The notes beneath the pieces were generated by a model. That model was not told the origin of the DNA and ran no database searches. It worked only from the letters and a program-made list of their open reading frames with translations. Below are positions 48,501 through 61,900 of a stretch of DNA of 64,000 nucleotides, piece after piece. Position 1 is the stretch's first letter; every line of letters starts with the position of its first letter. The position numbers and the translations under genes are program-made. This DNA comes from Balanoglossus misakiensis (lineage: Eukaryota; Animalia; Hemichordata): contig CM082582.2 of the NCBI GenBank assembly GCA_040954595.2, forward strand, positions 496,001 through 560,000, given 5' to 3'.

Positions 48501-51500
48501 TTTTGACAAAAATGGTAAATTTTTAAAAAATCATAAAAAATTAACTCTTTTCTTCATTTTCGGAAATATTATGGAGCATGAAGTGTCGTTCTCTTGTAAA
48601 AAGTGCTGCAAATTCCAGAAAAGGCGGTATAATTTGAATCACCCAAGACAAAATTACCATTTTCGACTTTTTTTCGAAAAATTGTCTTTTTTACAAAATA
48701 AATAAGAATTAATTCTTTTCTTAGTTTCAAACGGGTAGAGATACTTTCCACACGGGTTTTCTAACATTGAATTCCCGTTCATCAACTCAGATTTCCTACA
48801 GCATAAGTCGGCTAAAACCCTGAGACTTTAGAGCAGAAACAGTTGCACACTGGTAACGTTGAACAAGTCGATTTTTCTACGGCCTGGCTCGGCTAAATCT
48901 CCGTCACAATATGACAGACACTATCGTACGTTAGCAACGGTGATCAAGTCAGATTTTCAACGGCATGGGTTGGATAAAGCCCCGGCACTCTAGAGCAGAA
49001 ACACGCGTACAGAGACCACGTTGATCAAGTCTGATCTCCTACGGCTTGGCACGACTAAAACCCCGGCACACTATGACAGACACTAGCGTTCGTTAGCAAC
49101 GTTGATCAAGTCAGATTTCCTACGGCATGGCTTTGCTAAAGCCCTGACACTCTAGAGCAGAAACACGCGTACAGAGACCACGTTGATCTACTCACATTTC
49201 CTTCGGCCTGGCACGGCTGATGCCCCGGCACTATATATAGGACACAGACTGGCGTAAGTTAACAACGGTAATCACGTCGGGTTTCCTACGGCCTGGCTCA
49301 GCTGAAGCCCCGGCACTCTAGAGCAGAAACAGGCGTACATTGACCACGTTGATCAAGTCAGATTTCCTACGGCGTGACTCGGCTGGTGCACCGGCTCTAT
49401 ATGACACAGACTGGCGTAAGTTATCAACGGTGATTACGTCGGATTTCCTACGGCCTGGTTTAGCTGAAGCCCCGGCACTTTAGAGCGGAAACACGCGTAC
49501 ATTGACCACGATGATCAAGTCAGATCTCCTACGGCCTGGCTCGATTAAAACCCCGGCACACCATGACAGACACTAGCGTTCGTTAGCAACGTTGATCAAG
49601 TCAGATTTCCTACGGCATGGCTCAGCTGAAGCCCCGGCACTCTAGAGCAGAAACAGGCGTACATTGACCACGTTGATCAAGTCAGATTTCCTACGGCGTG
49701 ACTCGGCTGGTGCACCGGCTCTATATGACACAGACTGGCGTAAGTTATCAACGGTGATTACGTCGGATTTCCTACGGCCTGGTTTAGCTGAAGCCCCGGC
49801 ACTTTAGAGCGGAAACACGCGTACATTGACCACGATGATCAAGTCAGATCTCCTACGGCCTGGCTCGACTAAAACCCCGGCACACCATGACAGACACTAG
49901 CGTTCGTTAGCAACGGTGATCAAGTCGGATTTCCTTCGGCCTGGCTCTGCAAAAGACCCGACACTCTAGTACAAAGACGTTGGCTAAGTCGGGCAAACCG
50001 AACAGGGAAAGTCACAGCGGGTCAACACTCGACATTTGTTCCGGTAGGACTGCTTTATTGCCTGTCAATTTATAGAGAAAGCCCGAATTTAACCAGGGCG
50101 TTTCAAACACCGACGTTAGTTGGGGGCACGGCCTGCAGTACTGCCGGGTAAGCTGACATCAGCGTACCGCATATAATGTAGGGGGGGGGGGGACAGAACG
50201 GTTAAATACTACATTTATCAGATATCAGCTAATTTTGGACAATCATCTAAAATGTAAATCATCTTTTCATATTTGGATATCTGATGATGTATGAAATTTC
50301 CAATATATGTAAAAATGGTGCTGATTATAAAAAATGCACTCTGAATGAGCTGATTTAATACAAAATTGCGTTTTATTCGTTTTTGCACCAAAAAGGTCAT
50401 TTTTAGGCAAAACATTCTTTATTTTTTTAATTCGGTGACCTGATCATATATAAGCAATTGCTTGCATGTTAAAAGTTTTTATGACTTTTAAAAGCAGTGA
50501 CACTGGCGGCATTCAACACGAAAATAACAATTTTAACCACAATTTGGTCAAAATGGTAAATTTTTGAAAATTACAAAAAATACCTGTTTTCTACATTTTC
50601 GGAAATCTGATGGAGTATAGAATGCTCTTCGTATATATATATCGATACAAATTCCACAAAAGACCGTCTAATTTGGCTCACTGCAGACAAAATTGCGTTT
50701 TACCAAATTTTCCTTGAAAATGTCATTTTTAGAAAAATAAAATAAAAAAACCTTCGTTCTTCGAATTTGGTGCCCTGATCATATATGATATGTTGATTGT
50801 ATGTTAAAACTTTCGACCACTCCAAAAATGCAGAGATATTGACGGAATTCAAGAAAAAATAGCCATTTTGGCCATATTTTGACAAAATGGTACATTTTTA
50901 AAAAATCATAAAAAATAAACTCTTTTCTTCATTTTCGGAAATATTATGGAGCATGAAGTGTCGTTCTCTTGTAAAAAGTGCTGCAAATTCCAGAAAATGT
51001 GGTATAATTTGAATCACCCAAGACAAAATTACCATTTTCGACTTGTTTTCGAAAAATTGTCTTTTTTACAAAATAAATAAGAATAAATTCTTTTCTTAGT
51101 TTCAAACGGGTAGAGATACTTTCCACACGGGTTTTCTAACATTGAATTCCCGTTTATCAACTCAGATTTCCTACAGCATAAGTCGGCTAAAACCCTGACA
51201 CTCTAGAGCAGAAACAGTTGCACACTGATAACGTTGAACAAGTCGATTTTTCTACGGCCTGGCACGGCTAAATCTCGTCACAATATGACAGACACTATCG
51301 TACGTTAGCAACGGTGATCAAGTCAGATTTTCAACGGCATGGGTTGGATAAAGCCCCGGCACTCTAGAGCAGAAACACGCGTACAGAGACCACGTTGATC
51401 AAGTCTGATCTCCTACGGCTTGGCTCGACTAAAACCCCGGCACACTATGACAGACACTAGCGTTCGTTAGCAACGTTGATCAAGTCAGATTTCCTACGGC

Positions 51501-52916
51501 ATGGCTTTGCTAAAGCCCTGACACTCTAGAGCAGAAACACGCGTACAGAGACCACGTTGATCTACTCACATTTCCTTCGGCCTGGCACGGCTGATGCCCC
51601 GGCACTATATATAGGACACAGACTGGCGTAAGTTAACAACGGTAATCACGTCGGGTTTCCTACGGCCTGGCTCAGCTGAAGCCCCGGCACTCTAGAGCAG
51701 AAACAGGCGTACATTGACCACGTTGATCAAGTCAGATTTCCTACGGCGTGACTCGGCTGGTGCACCGGCTCTATATGACACAGACTGGCGTAAGTTATCA
51801 ACGGTGATTACGTCGGATTTCCTACGGCCTGGTTTAGCTGAAGCCCCGGCACTTTAGAGCGGAAACACGCGTACATTGACCACGATGATCAAGGCAGATC
51901 TCCTACGGCCTGGCTCGACTAAAACCCCGGCACACCATGACAGACAGTAGCGTTCGTTAGCAACGGTGATCAAGTCGGATTTCCTTCGGCCTGGCTCTGC
52001 AAAAGACCCGACACTCTAGTACAAAGACGTTGGCTAAGTCGGGCAAACCGAACAGGGAAAGTCACAGCGGGTCAACACTCGACATTTGTTCCGGTAGGAC
52101 TGCTTTATTGCCTGTCAATTTATAGAGAAAGCCCGAATTTAACCAGGGCGTTTCAAACACCGACGTTAGTTGGGGGCACGGCCTGCAGTACTGCCGGGTA
52201 AGCTGACATCAGCGTACCGCATATAATGTAGGGGGGGGGGGGAACAGAACGGTTAAATACTACATTTATCAGATATCAGCTAATTTTGGACAATCATCTA
52301 AAATGTAAATCATCTTTTCATATTTGGATATCTGATGATGTATGAAATTTCCAATATATGTAAAAATGGTGCTGATTATAAAAAATGCACTCTGAATGAG
52401 CTGATTTAATACAAAATTGCGTTTTATTCGTTTTTGCACCAAAAAGGTCATTTTTAGGCAAAACATTCTTTATTTTTTTAATTCGGTGACCTGATCATAT
52501 ATAAGCAATTGCTTGCATGTTAAAAGTTTTTATGACTTTTAAAAGCAGTGACACTGGCGGCATTCAACACGAAAATAACAATTTTAACCACAATTTGGTC
52601 AAAATGGTAAATTTTTGAAAATTACAAAAAATACCTGTTTTCTACATTTTCGGAAATCTGATGGAGTATAGAATGCTCTTCGTATATATATATCGATACA
52701 AATTCCACAAAAGACCGTCTAATTTGGCTCACTGCAGACAAAATTGCGTTTTACAAAATTTTCCTTGAAAATGTCATTTTTAGAAAAATAAAATAAAAAA
52801 ACCTTCGTTCTTCGAATTTGGTGCCCTGATCATATATGATATGTTGATTGTATGTTAAAACTTTCGACCACTCCAAAAATGCAGAGATATTGACGGAATT
52901 CAAGAAAAAATAGCCA
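45588..52916 (-). repeat. Macrosatellite, inverted block (part d, about 3.5 monomers)
   Basis: Poly-G markers near 45761, 47807, 50181 and 52231. Confidence 0.97.
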
Positions 52917-55900
52917 ACGTCTTTGTACTAGAGTGTCGGGTCTTTTGCAGAGCCAGGTCGAAGAAAATCCGACTTGATCACCGTTGCTAACGAACGCTAA
53001 TGTCTGTCATGGTGTGCCGGGGTTTTAGTCGAGCCAGGCCGTAGGAGATCTGACTTGATCATCGTGGTCAATGTACGCGTGTTTCCGCTCTAAAGTGCCG
53101 GGGCTTCAGCTAAACCAGGCCGTAGGAAATCCGACGTAATCACCGTTGATAACTTACGCCAGTCTGTGTCATATAGAGCCGGTGCACCAGCCGAGTCACG
53201 CCGTAGGAAATCTGACTTGATCAACGTGGTCAATGTACGCCTGTTTCTGCTCTAGAGTGCCGGGGCTTCAGCTGAGCCAGGCCGTAGGAAACCCGACGTG
53301 ATTACCGTTGTTAACTTACGCCAGTCTGTGTCCTATATATAGTGCCGGGGCATCAGCCGTGCCAGGCCGAAGGAAATGTGAGTAGATCAACGTGGTCTCT
53401 GTACGCGTGTTTCTGCTCTAGAGTGTCAGGGCTTTAGCAAAGCCATGCCGTAGGAAATCTGACTTGATCAACGTTGCTAACGAACGCTAGTGTCTGTCAT
53501 AGTGTGCCGGGGTTTTAGTCGAGCCAAGCCGTAGGAGATCAGACTTGATCAACGTGGTCTCTGTACGCGTGTTTTTGCTCTAGAGTGCCGGGGCTTTATC
53601 CAAGCCATGCCGTAGAAAATCTGACTTGATCACCGTTGCTAACGTACGCTAGTGTCTGTCATATTGTGACGGAGATTTAGCCGAGCCAGGTCGTAGAAAA
53701 ATCCGACTTGTTCAAACGGTACCAGTGTGCAACTGTTTTCTGCTCTAGAGTGTCAGGGTTTTTAGCCGACTTATGCTGTAGGAAATCTGAGTTGATGAAC
53801 GGGAATTCAATGTTAGAAAACCCGTGTGGAAAGTATCCCTACCCGTTGAAACTAGAAAAGAATTTATTCTTATTTATTTTGTAAAAAAAGACAATTTTTC
53901 GAAAACATGTCGAAAATGGTAATTTGTCTTGGGTGATTCAAATTATACCACATTTTTCTGGAATTTGCAGCACTTTTTACAAGAGAACGAACTTCATGCT
54001 CCATATATTTCCGAAAATCAAGAAAAGAGTTTTTATTTTTTTATGATTTTTTAAAAATGTACCATTTTGTCAAAATATGGCCAAAATGGCCTATTTTTTC
54101 TTGAATTCCGTCAATATCTCTGCATTTTTGGAGTGGTCGAAAGTTTTAACATACAATCAACATATCATATATGATCAGGCACCAAAGTCGAAGAACGAGG
54201 TTTTTTATTTTATTTTTCTAAAAATGACATTTTCAAGGAAAATTTGGTAAAACGCAATTTTGTCTGCAGTGAGCCAAATTAGACGGTCTTTTGTGGAATT
54301 TGTATCGATTATATATACGAAGAGCATTCTATACTCCATCAGATTTCCGAAAATGTAGAAAACAGGTATTTTTTGTAATTTTCAAAAATTTACCATTTTG
54401 ACCAAATTGTGGTTAAAATTGTTATTTTCGTGTTGAATGCCGCCAGTGTCACTGCTTTTAAAAGTCATAAAAACTTTTAACATACAAGCAATTGCTTATA
54501 TATGATCAGGTCACCGAATTAAAAAAATAAAGAATGTTTTGTCTAAAAATGACCTTTTTGGTGCAAAAACGAATAAAACGCAATTTTGTATTAAATCAGC
54601 TCATTCAGAGTGCATTTTTTATAATCAGCACCATTTTTACATATATTGGAAATTTCATACATCATCAGATATCCAAATATGAAAAGATAATTTACATTTT
54701 AGATGATTGTCCAAAATTAGCTGATATCTGATAAATGTAGTATTTAACCGTTCTGTTCCCCCCCCCCACCCCCCTACATTATATGCGGTACGCTGATGTC
54801 AGCTTACCCAGCAGTACTGCAGGCCGTGCCCCCAACTAACGTCGGTGTTTGAAACGCCCTGGTTAAATTCGGGCTTTCTCTATAAATTGACAGGCAATAA
54901 AGCAGTCCTACCGGAACAAATGTCGAGTGTTGACCCGCTGTGACTTTCCCTGTTCGGTTTGCCCGACTTAGCCAACGTCTTTGTACTAGAGTGTCGGGTC
55001 TTTTGCAGAGCCAGGCCGAAGGAAATCCGACTTGATCACCGTTGCTAACGAACGCTAGTGTCTGTCATGGTGTGCCGGGGTTTTAGTCGAGCCAGGCCGT
55101 AGGAGATCTGACTTGATCATCGTGGTCAATGTACGCGTGTTTCCGCTCTAAAGTGCCGGGGCTTCAGCTAAACCAGGCCGTAGGAAATCCGACGTAATCA
55201 CCGTTGATAACTTACGCCAGTCTGTGTCATATAGAGCCGGTGCACCAGCCGTGTCACGCCGTAGGAAATCTGACTTGATCAACGTGGTCATGTACGCCTG
55301 TTTCTGCTCTAGAGTGCCGGGGCTTCAGCTGAGCCAGGCCGTAGGAAACCCGACGTGATTACCGTTGTTAACTTACGCCAGTCTGTGTCCTATATATAGT
55401 GCCGGGGCATCAGCCGTGCCAGGCCGAAGGAAATGCGAGTAGATCAACGTGGTCTCTGTACGCGTGTTTCTGCTCTAGAGTGTCAGGGCATTAGCAAAGC
55501 CATGCCGTAGGAAATCTGACTTGATCAACGTTGCTAACGAACGCTAGTGTCTGTCATAGTGTGCCGGGGTTTTAGTCGAGCCAAGCCGTAGGAGATCAGA
55601 CTTGATCAACGTGGTCTCTGTACGCGTGTTTCTGCTCTAGAGTGCCGGGGCTTTATCCAACCCATGCCGTTGAAAATCTGACTTGATCACCGTTGCTAAC
55701 GTACGCTAGTGTCTGTCATATTGTGACGAGATTTAGCCGTGCCAGGCCGTAGAAAAATCGACTTGTTCAACGTTATCAGTGTGCAACTGTTTCTGTTCTA
55801 GAGTGTCAGGGTTTTAGCCGACTTATGCTGTAGGAAATCTGAGTTGATAAACGGGAATTCAATGTTTGAAAACCCGTGTGGAAAGTATCTCTACCCGTTT

Positions 55901-58900
55901 GAAACTAAGAAAAGAATTTATTCTTATTTATTTTGTAAAAAGGACAATTTTTCGAAAACAAGTCGAAAATGGTAATTTTGTCTTGGGTGATTCAAATTAT
56001 ACCACATTTTCTGGAATTTGCAGCACTTTTTACAAAAGAACGACACATCATGCTCCATAATATTTCCGAAAATGAAGAAAAGAGTTTATTTTTTATGATT
56101 TTTTAAAAATGTACCATTTTGTCAAAATATGGCCAAAATGGCTATTTTTTCTTGAATTCCGTCAATATCTCTGCATTTTTGGAGTGGTCGAAAGTTTTAA
56201 CATACAATCAACATATCATATATGATCAGGGCACCAAATTCGAAGAACGAAGGTTTTTTTATTTTATTTTTCTAAAAATGACATTTTCAAGGAAAATTTG
56301 GTAAAACGCAATTTTGTCTGCAGTGAGCCAAATTAGACGGTCTTTTGTGGAATTTGTATCGATATATATATACGAAGAGCATTCTATACTCCATCAGATT
56401 TCCGAAAATGTAGAAAACAGGTAGTTTTTGTAATTTTCAAAAATTTACCATTTTGACCAAATTGTGGTTAAAATTGTTATTTTCGTGTTGAATGCCGCCA
56501 GTGTCACTGCTTTTAAAAGTCATAAAAACTTTTAACATGCAAGCAATTGCTTATATATGATCAGGTCACCGAATTAAAAAAATAAAGAATGTTTTGCCTA
56601 AAAATGACCTTTTTGGTGCAAAAACGAATAAAACGCAATTTTGTATTAAATCAGCTCATTCAGAGTGCATTTTTTATAATCAGCACCATTTTTACATATA
56701 TTGGAAATTTCATACTTCATCAGATATCCAAATATGAAAAGATGATTTACATTTTAGATGATTGTCCAAAATTAGCTGATATCTGATAAATGTAGTATTT
56801 AACCGTTCTGTTCCCCCCCCCCCCCCCTACATTATATGCGGTACGCTGATGTCAGCTTACCCGGCAGTACTGCAGGCCGTGCCCCCAACTAACGTCGGTG
56901 TTTGAAACGCCCTGGTTAAGTTCGGGCTTTCTCTATAAATTGACAGGCAATAAAGCAGTCCTACCGGAACAAATGTCGAGTGTTGACCCGCTGTGACTTT
57001 CCCTGTTCGGTTTGCCCGACTTAGCCAACGTCTTTGTACTAGAGTGTCGGGTCTTTTGCAGAGCCAGGCCGAAGGAAATCCGACTTGATCACCGTTGCTA
57101 ACGAACGCTAGTGTCTGTCATGGTGTGCCGGGGTTTTAGTCGAGCCAGGCCGTAGGAGATCTGACTTGATCATCGTGGTCAATGTACGCGTGTTTCCGCT
57201 CTAAAGTGCCGGGGCTTCAGCTAAACCAGGCCGTAGGAAATCCGACGTAATCACCGTTGATAACTTACGCCAGTCTGTGTCCTATATATAGTGCCGGGGC
57301 ATCAGCCGTGCCAGGCCGAAGGAAATGTGAGTAGATCAACGTGGTCTCTGTACGCGTGTTTCTGCTCTAGAGTGTCAGGGCTTTAGCAAAGCCATGCCGT
57401 AGGAAATCTGACTTGATCAACGTTGCTAACGAACGCTAGTGTCTGTCATAGTGTGCCGGGGTTTTAGTCGAGCCAAGCCGTAGGAGATCAGACTTGATCA
57501 ACGTGGTCTCTGTACGCGTGTTTCTGCTCTAGAGTGCCGGGGCTTTATCCAACCCATGCCGTTGAAAATCTGACTTGATCACCGTTGCTAACGTACGCTA
57601 GTGTCTGTCATATTGTGACGAGATTTAGCCGTGCCAGGCCGTAGAAAAATCGACTTGTTCAACGTTATCAGTGTGCAACTGTTTCTGCTCTAGAGTGTCA
57701 GGGTTTTAGCCGACTTATGCTGTAGGAAATCTGAGTTGATAAACGGGAATTCAATGTTAGAAAACCCGTGTGGAAAGTATCTCTACCCGTTTGAAACTAA
57801 GAAAAGAATTTATTCTTATTTATTTTGTAAAAAAGACAATTTTTCGAAAACAAGTCGAAAATGGTAATTTTGTCTTGGGTGATTCAAATTATACCACATT
57901 TTCTGGAATTTGCAGCACTTTTTACAAGAGAACGACACTTCATGCTCCATAATATTTCCGAAAATGAAGAAAAGAGTTTATTTTTTATGATTTTTTAAAA
58001 ATGTACCATTTTGTCAAAATATGGCCAAAATGGCTATTTTTTCTTGAATTCCGTCAATATCTCTGCATTTTTGGAGTGGTCGAAAGTTTTAACATACAAT
58101 CAACATATCATATATGATCAGGGCACCAAATTCGAAGAACGAAGGTTTTTTTATTTTATTTTTCTAAAAATGACATTTTCAAGGAAAATTTGGTAAAACG
58201 CAATTTTGTCTGCAGTGAGCCAAATTAGACGGTCTTTTGTGGAATTTGTATCGATATATATATACGAAGAGCATTCTATACTCCATCAGATTTCCGAAAA
58301 TGTAGAAAACAGGTATTTTTTGTAATTTTCAAAAATTTACCATTTTGACCAAATTGTGGTTAAAATTGTTATTTTCGTGTTGAATGCCGCCAGTGTCACT
58401 GCTTTTAAAAGTCATAAAAACTTTTAACATGCAAGCAATTGCTTATATATGATCAGGTCACCGAATTAAAAAAATAAAGAATGTTTTGCCTAAAAATGAC
58501 CTTTTTGGTGCAAAAACGAATAAAACGCAATTTTGTATTAAATCAGCTCATTCAGAGTGCATTTTTTATAATCAGCACCATTTTTACATATATTGGAAAT
58601 TTCATACATCATCAGATATCCAAATATGAAAAGATGATTTACATTTTAGATGATTGTCCAAAATTAGCTGATATCTGATAAATGTAGTATTTAACCGTTC
58701 TGTTCCCCCCCCCCTACATTATATGCGGTACGCTGATGTCAGCTTACCCGGCAGTACTGCAGGCCGTGCCCCCAACTAACGTCGGTGTTTGAAACGCCCT
58801 GGTTAAATTCGGGCTTTCTCTATAAATTGACAGGCAATAATGCAGTCCTACCGGAACAAATGTCGAGTGTTGACCCGCTGTGACTTTCCCTGTTCGGTTT

Positions 58901-61900
58901 GCCCGACTTAGCCAACGTCTTTGTACTAGAGTGTCGGGTCTTTTGCAGAGCCAGGCCGAAGGAAATCCGACTTGATCACCGTTGCTAACGAACGCTAGTG
59001 TCTGTCATGGTGTGCCGGGGTTTTAGTCGAGCCAGGCCGTAGGAGATCTGACTTGATCATCGTGGTCAATGTACGCGTGTTTCCGCTCTAAAGTGCCGGG
59101 GCTTCAGCTAAACCAGGCCGTAGGAAATCCGACGTAATCACCGTTGATAACTTACGCCAGTCTGTGTCATATAGAGCCGGTGCACCAGCCGAGTCACGCC
59201 GTAGGAAATCTGACTTGATCAACGTGGTCAATGTACGCCTGTTTCTGCTCTAGAGTGCCGGGGCTTCAGCTGAGCCAGGCCGTAGGAAACCCGACGTGAT
59301 TACCGTTGTTAACTTACGCCAGTCTGTGTCCTATATATAGTGCCGGGGCATCAGCCGTGCCAGGCCGAAGGAAATGTGAGTAGATCAACGTGGTCTCTGT
59401 ACGCGTGTTTCTGCTCTAGAGTGTCAGGGCTTTAGCAAAGCCATGCCGTAGGAAATCTGACTTGATCAACGTTGCTAACGAACGCTAGTGTCTGTCATAG
59501 TGTGCCGGGGTTTTAGTCGAGCCAAGCCGTAGGAGATCAGACTTGATCAACGTGGTCTCTGTACGCGTGTTTCTGCTCTAGAGTGCCGGGGCTTTATCCA
59601 ACCCATGCCGTTGAAAATCTGACTTGATCACCGTTGCTAACGTACGATAGTGTCTGTCATATTGTGACGGAGATTTAGCCGAGCCAGGCCGTAGAAAAAT
59701 CGACTTGTTCAACGTTACCAGTGTGCAACTGTTTCTGCTCTAAAGTCTCAGGGTTTTAGCCGACTTATGCTGTAGGAAATCTGAGTTGATGAACGGGAAT
59801 TCAATGTTAGAAAACCCGTGTGGAAAGTATCTCTACCCGTTTGAAACTAAGAAAAGAATTAATTCTTATTTATTTTGTAAAAAAGACAATTTTTCGAAAA
59901 AAAGTCGAAAATGGTAATTTTGCCTTGGGTGATTCAAATTATACCACATTTTCTGGAATTTGCAGCACTTTTTACAAGAGAACGACACTTCATGCTCCAT
60001 AATTTTTCCGAAAATGAAGAAAAGAGTTTATTTTTTATGATTTTTTAAAAATGTACCATTTTGTCAAAATATGGCCAAAATGGCTATTTTTTCTTGAATT
60101 CCGTCAATATCTCTGCATTTTTGGAGTGGTCGAAAGTTTTAACATACAATCAACATATCATATATGATCAGGGCACCAAATTCGAAGAACGAAGGTTTTT
60201 TTATTTTATTTTTCTAAAAATGACATTTTCAAGGAAAATTTGGTAAAACGCAATTTTGTCTGCAGTGAGCCAAATTAGACGGTCTTTTGTGGAATTTGTA
60301 TCGATATATATATATACGAAAAGCATTCTATACTCCATCAGATTTCCGAAAATGTAGAAAACAGGTATTTTTTGTAATTTTCAAAAATTTACCATTTTGA
60401 CCAAATTGTGGTTAAAATTGTTATTTTCGTGTTGAATGCCGCCAGTGTCACTGCTTTTAAAAGTCATAAAAACTTTTAACATGCAAGCAATTGCTTATAT
60501 ATGATCAGGTCACCGAATTAAAAAAATAAAGAATGTTTTGCCTAAAAATGACCTTTTTGGTGCAAAAACGAATAAAACGCAATTTTGTATTAAATCAGCT
60601 CATTCAGAGTGCATTTTTTATAATCAGCACCATTTTTACATATATTGGAAATTTCATACATCATCAGATACCCAAATATGAAAAGATGATTTACATTTTA
60701 GATGATTGTCCAAAATTAGCTGATATCTGATAAATGTAGTATTTAACCGTTCTGTTCCCCCCCCCCCCTACATTATGTGCGGTACGCTGATGTCAGCTTA
60801 CCCGGCAGTACTGCAGGCCGTGCCCCCAACTAACGTCGGTGTTTGAAACGCCCTGGTTAAATTCGGGCTTTCTCTATAAATTGACAGGCAATAAAGCAGT
60901 CCTACCGGAACAAATGTCGAGTGTTGACCCGCTGTGACTTTCCCTGTTCGGTTTGCCCGACTTAGCCAACGTCTTTGTACTAGAGTGTCGGGTCTTTTGC
61001 AGAGCCAGGCCGAAGGAAATCCGACTTGATCACCGTTGCTAACGAACGCTAGTGTCTGTCATGGTGTGCCGGGGTTTTAGTCGAGCCAGGCCGTAGGAGA
61101 TCTGACTTGATCATCGTGGTCAATGTACGCGTGTTTCCGCTCTAAAGTGCCGGGGCTTCAGCTAAACCAGGCCGTAGGAAATCCGACGTAATCACCGTTG
61201 ATAACTTACGCCAGTCTGTGTCATATAGAGCCGGTGCACCAGCCGAGTCACGCCGTAGGAAATCTGACTTGATCAACGTGGTCAATGTACGCCTGTTTCT
61301 GCTCTAGAGTGCCGGGGCTTCAGCTGAGCCATGCCGTAGGAAATCTGACTTGATCAACGTTGCTAACGAACGCTAGTGTCTGTCATAGTGTGCCGGGGTT
61401 TTAGTCGAGCCAAGCCGTAGGAGATCAGACTTGATCAACGTGGTCTCTGTACGCGTGTTTCTGCTCTAGAGTGCCGGGGCTTTATCCAACCCATGCCGTT
61501 GAAAATCTGACTTGATCACCGTTGCTAACGTACGCTAGTGTCTGTCATATTGTGACGAGATTTAGCCGTGCCAGGCCGTAGAAAAATCGACTTGTTCAAC
61601 GTTATCAGTGTGCAACTGTTTCTGCTCTAGAGTGTCAGGGTTTTAGCCGACTTATGCTGTAGGAAATCTGAGTTGATAAACGGGAATTCAATGTTAGAAA
61701 ACCCGTGTGGAAAGTATCTCTACCCGTTTGAAACTAAGAAAAGAATTTATTCTTATTTATTTTGTAAAAAAGACAATTTTTCGAAAACAAGTCGAAAATG
61801 GTAATTTTGTCTTGGGTGATTCAAATTATACCACATTTTCTGGAATTTGCAGCACTTTTTACAAGAGAACGACACTTCATGCTCCATAATATTTCCGAAA

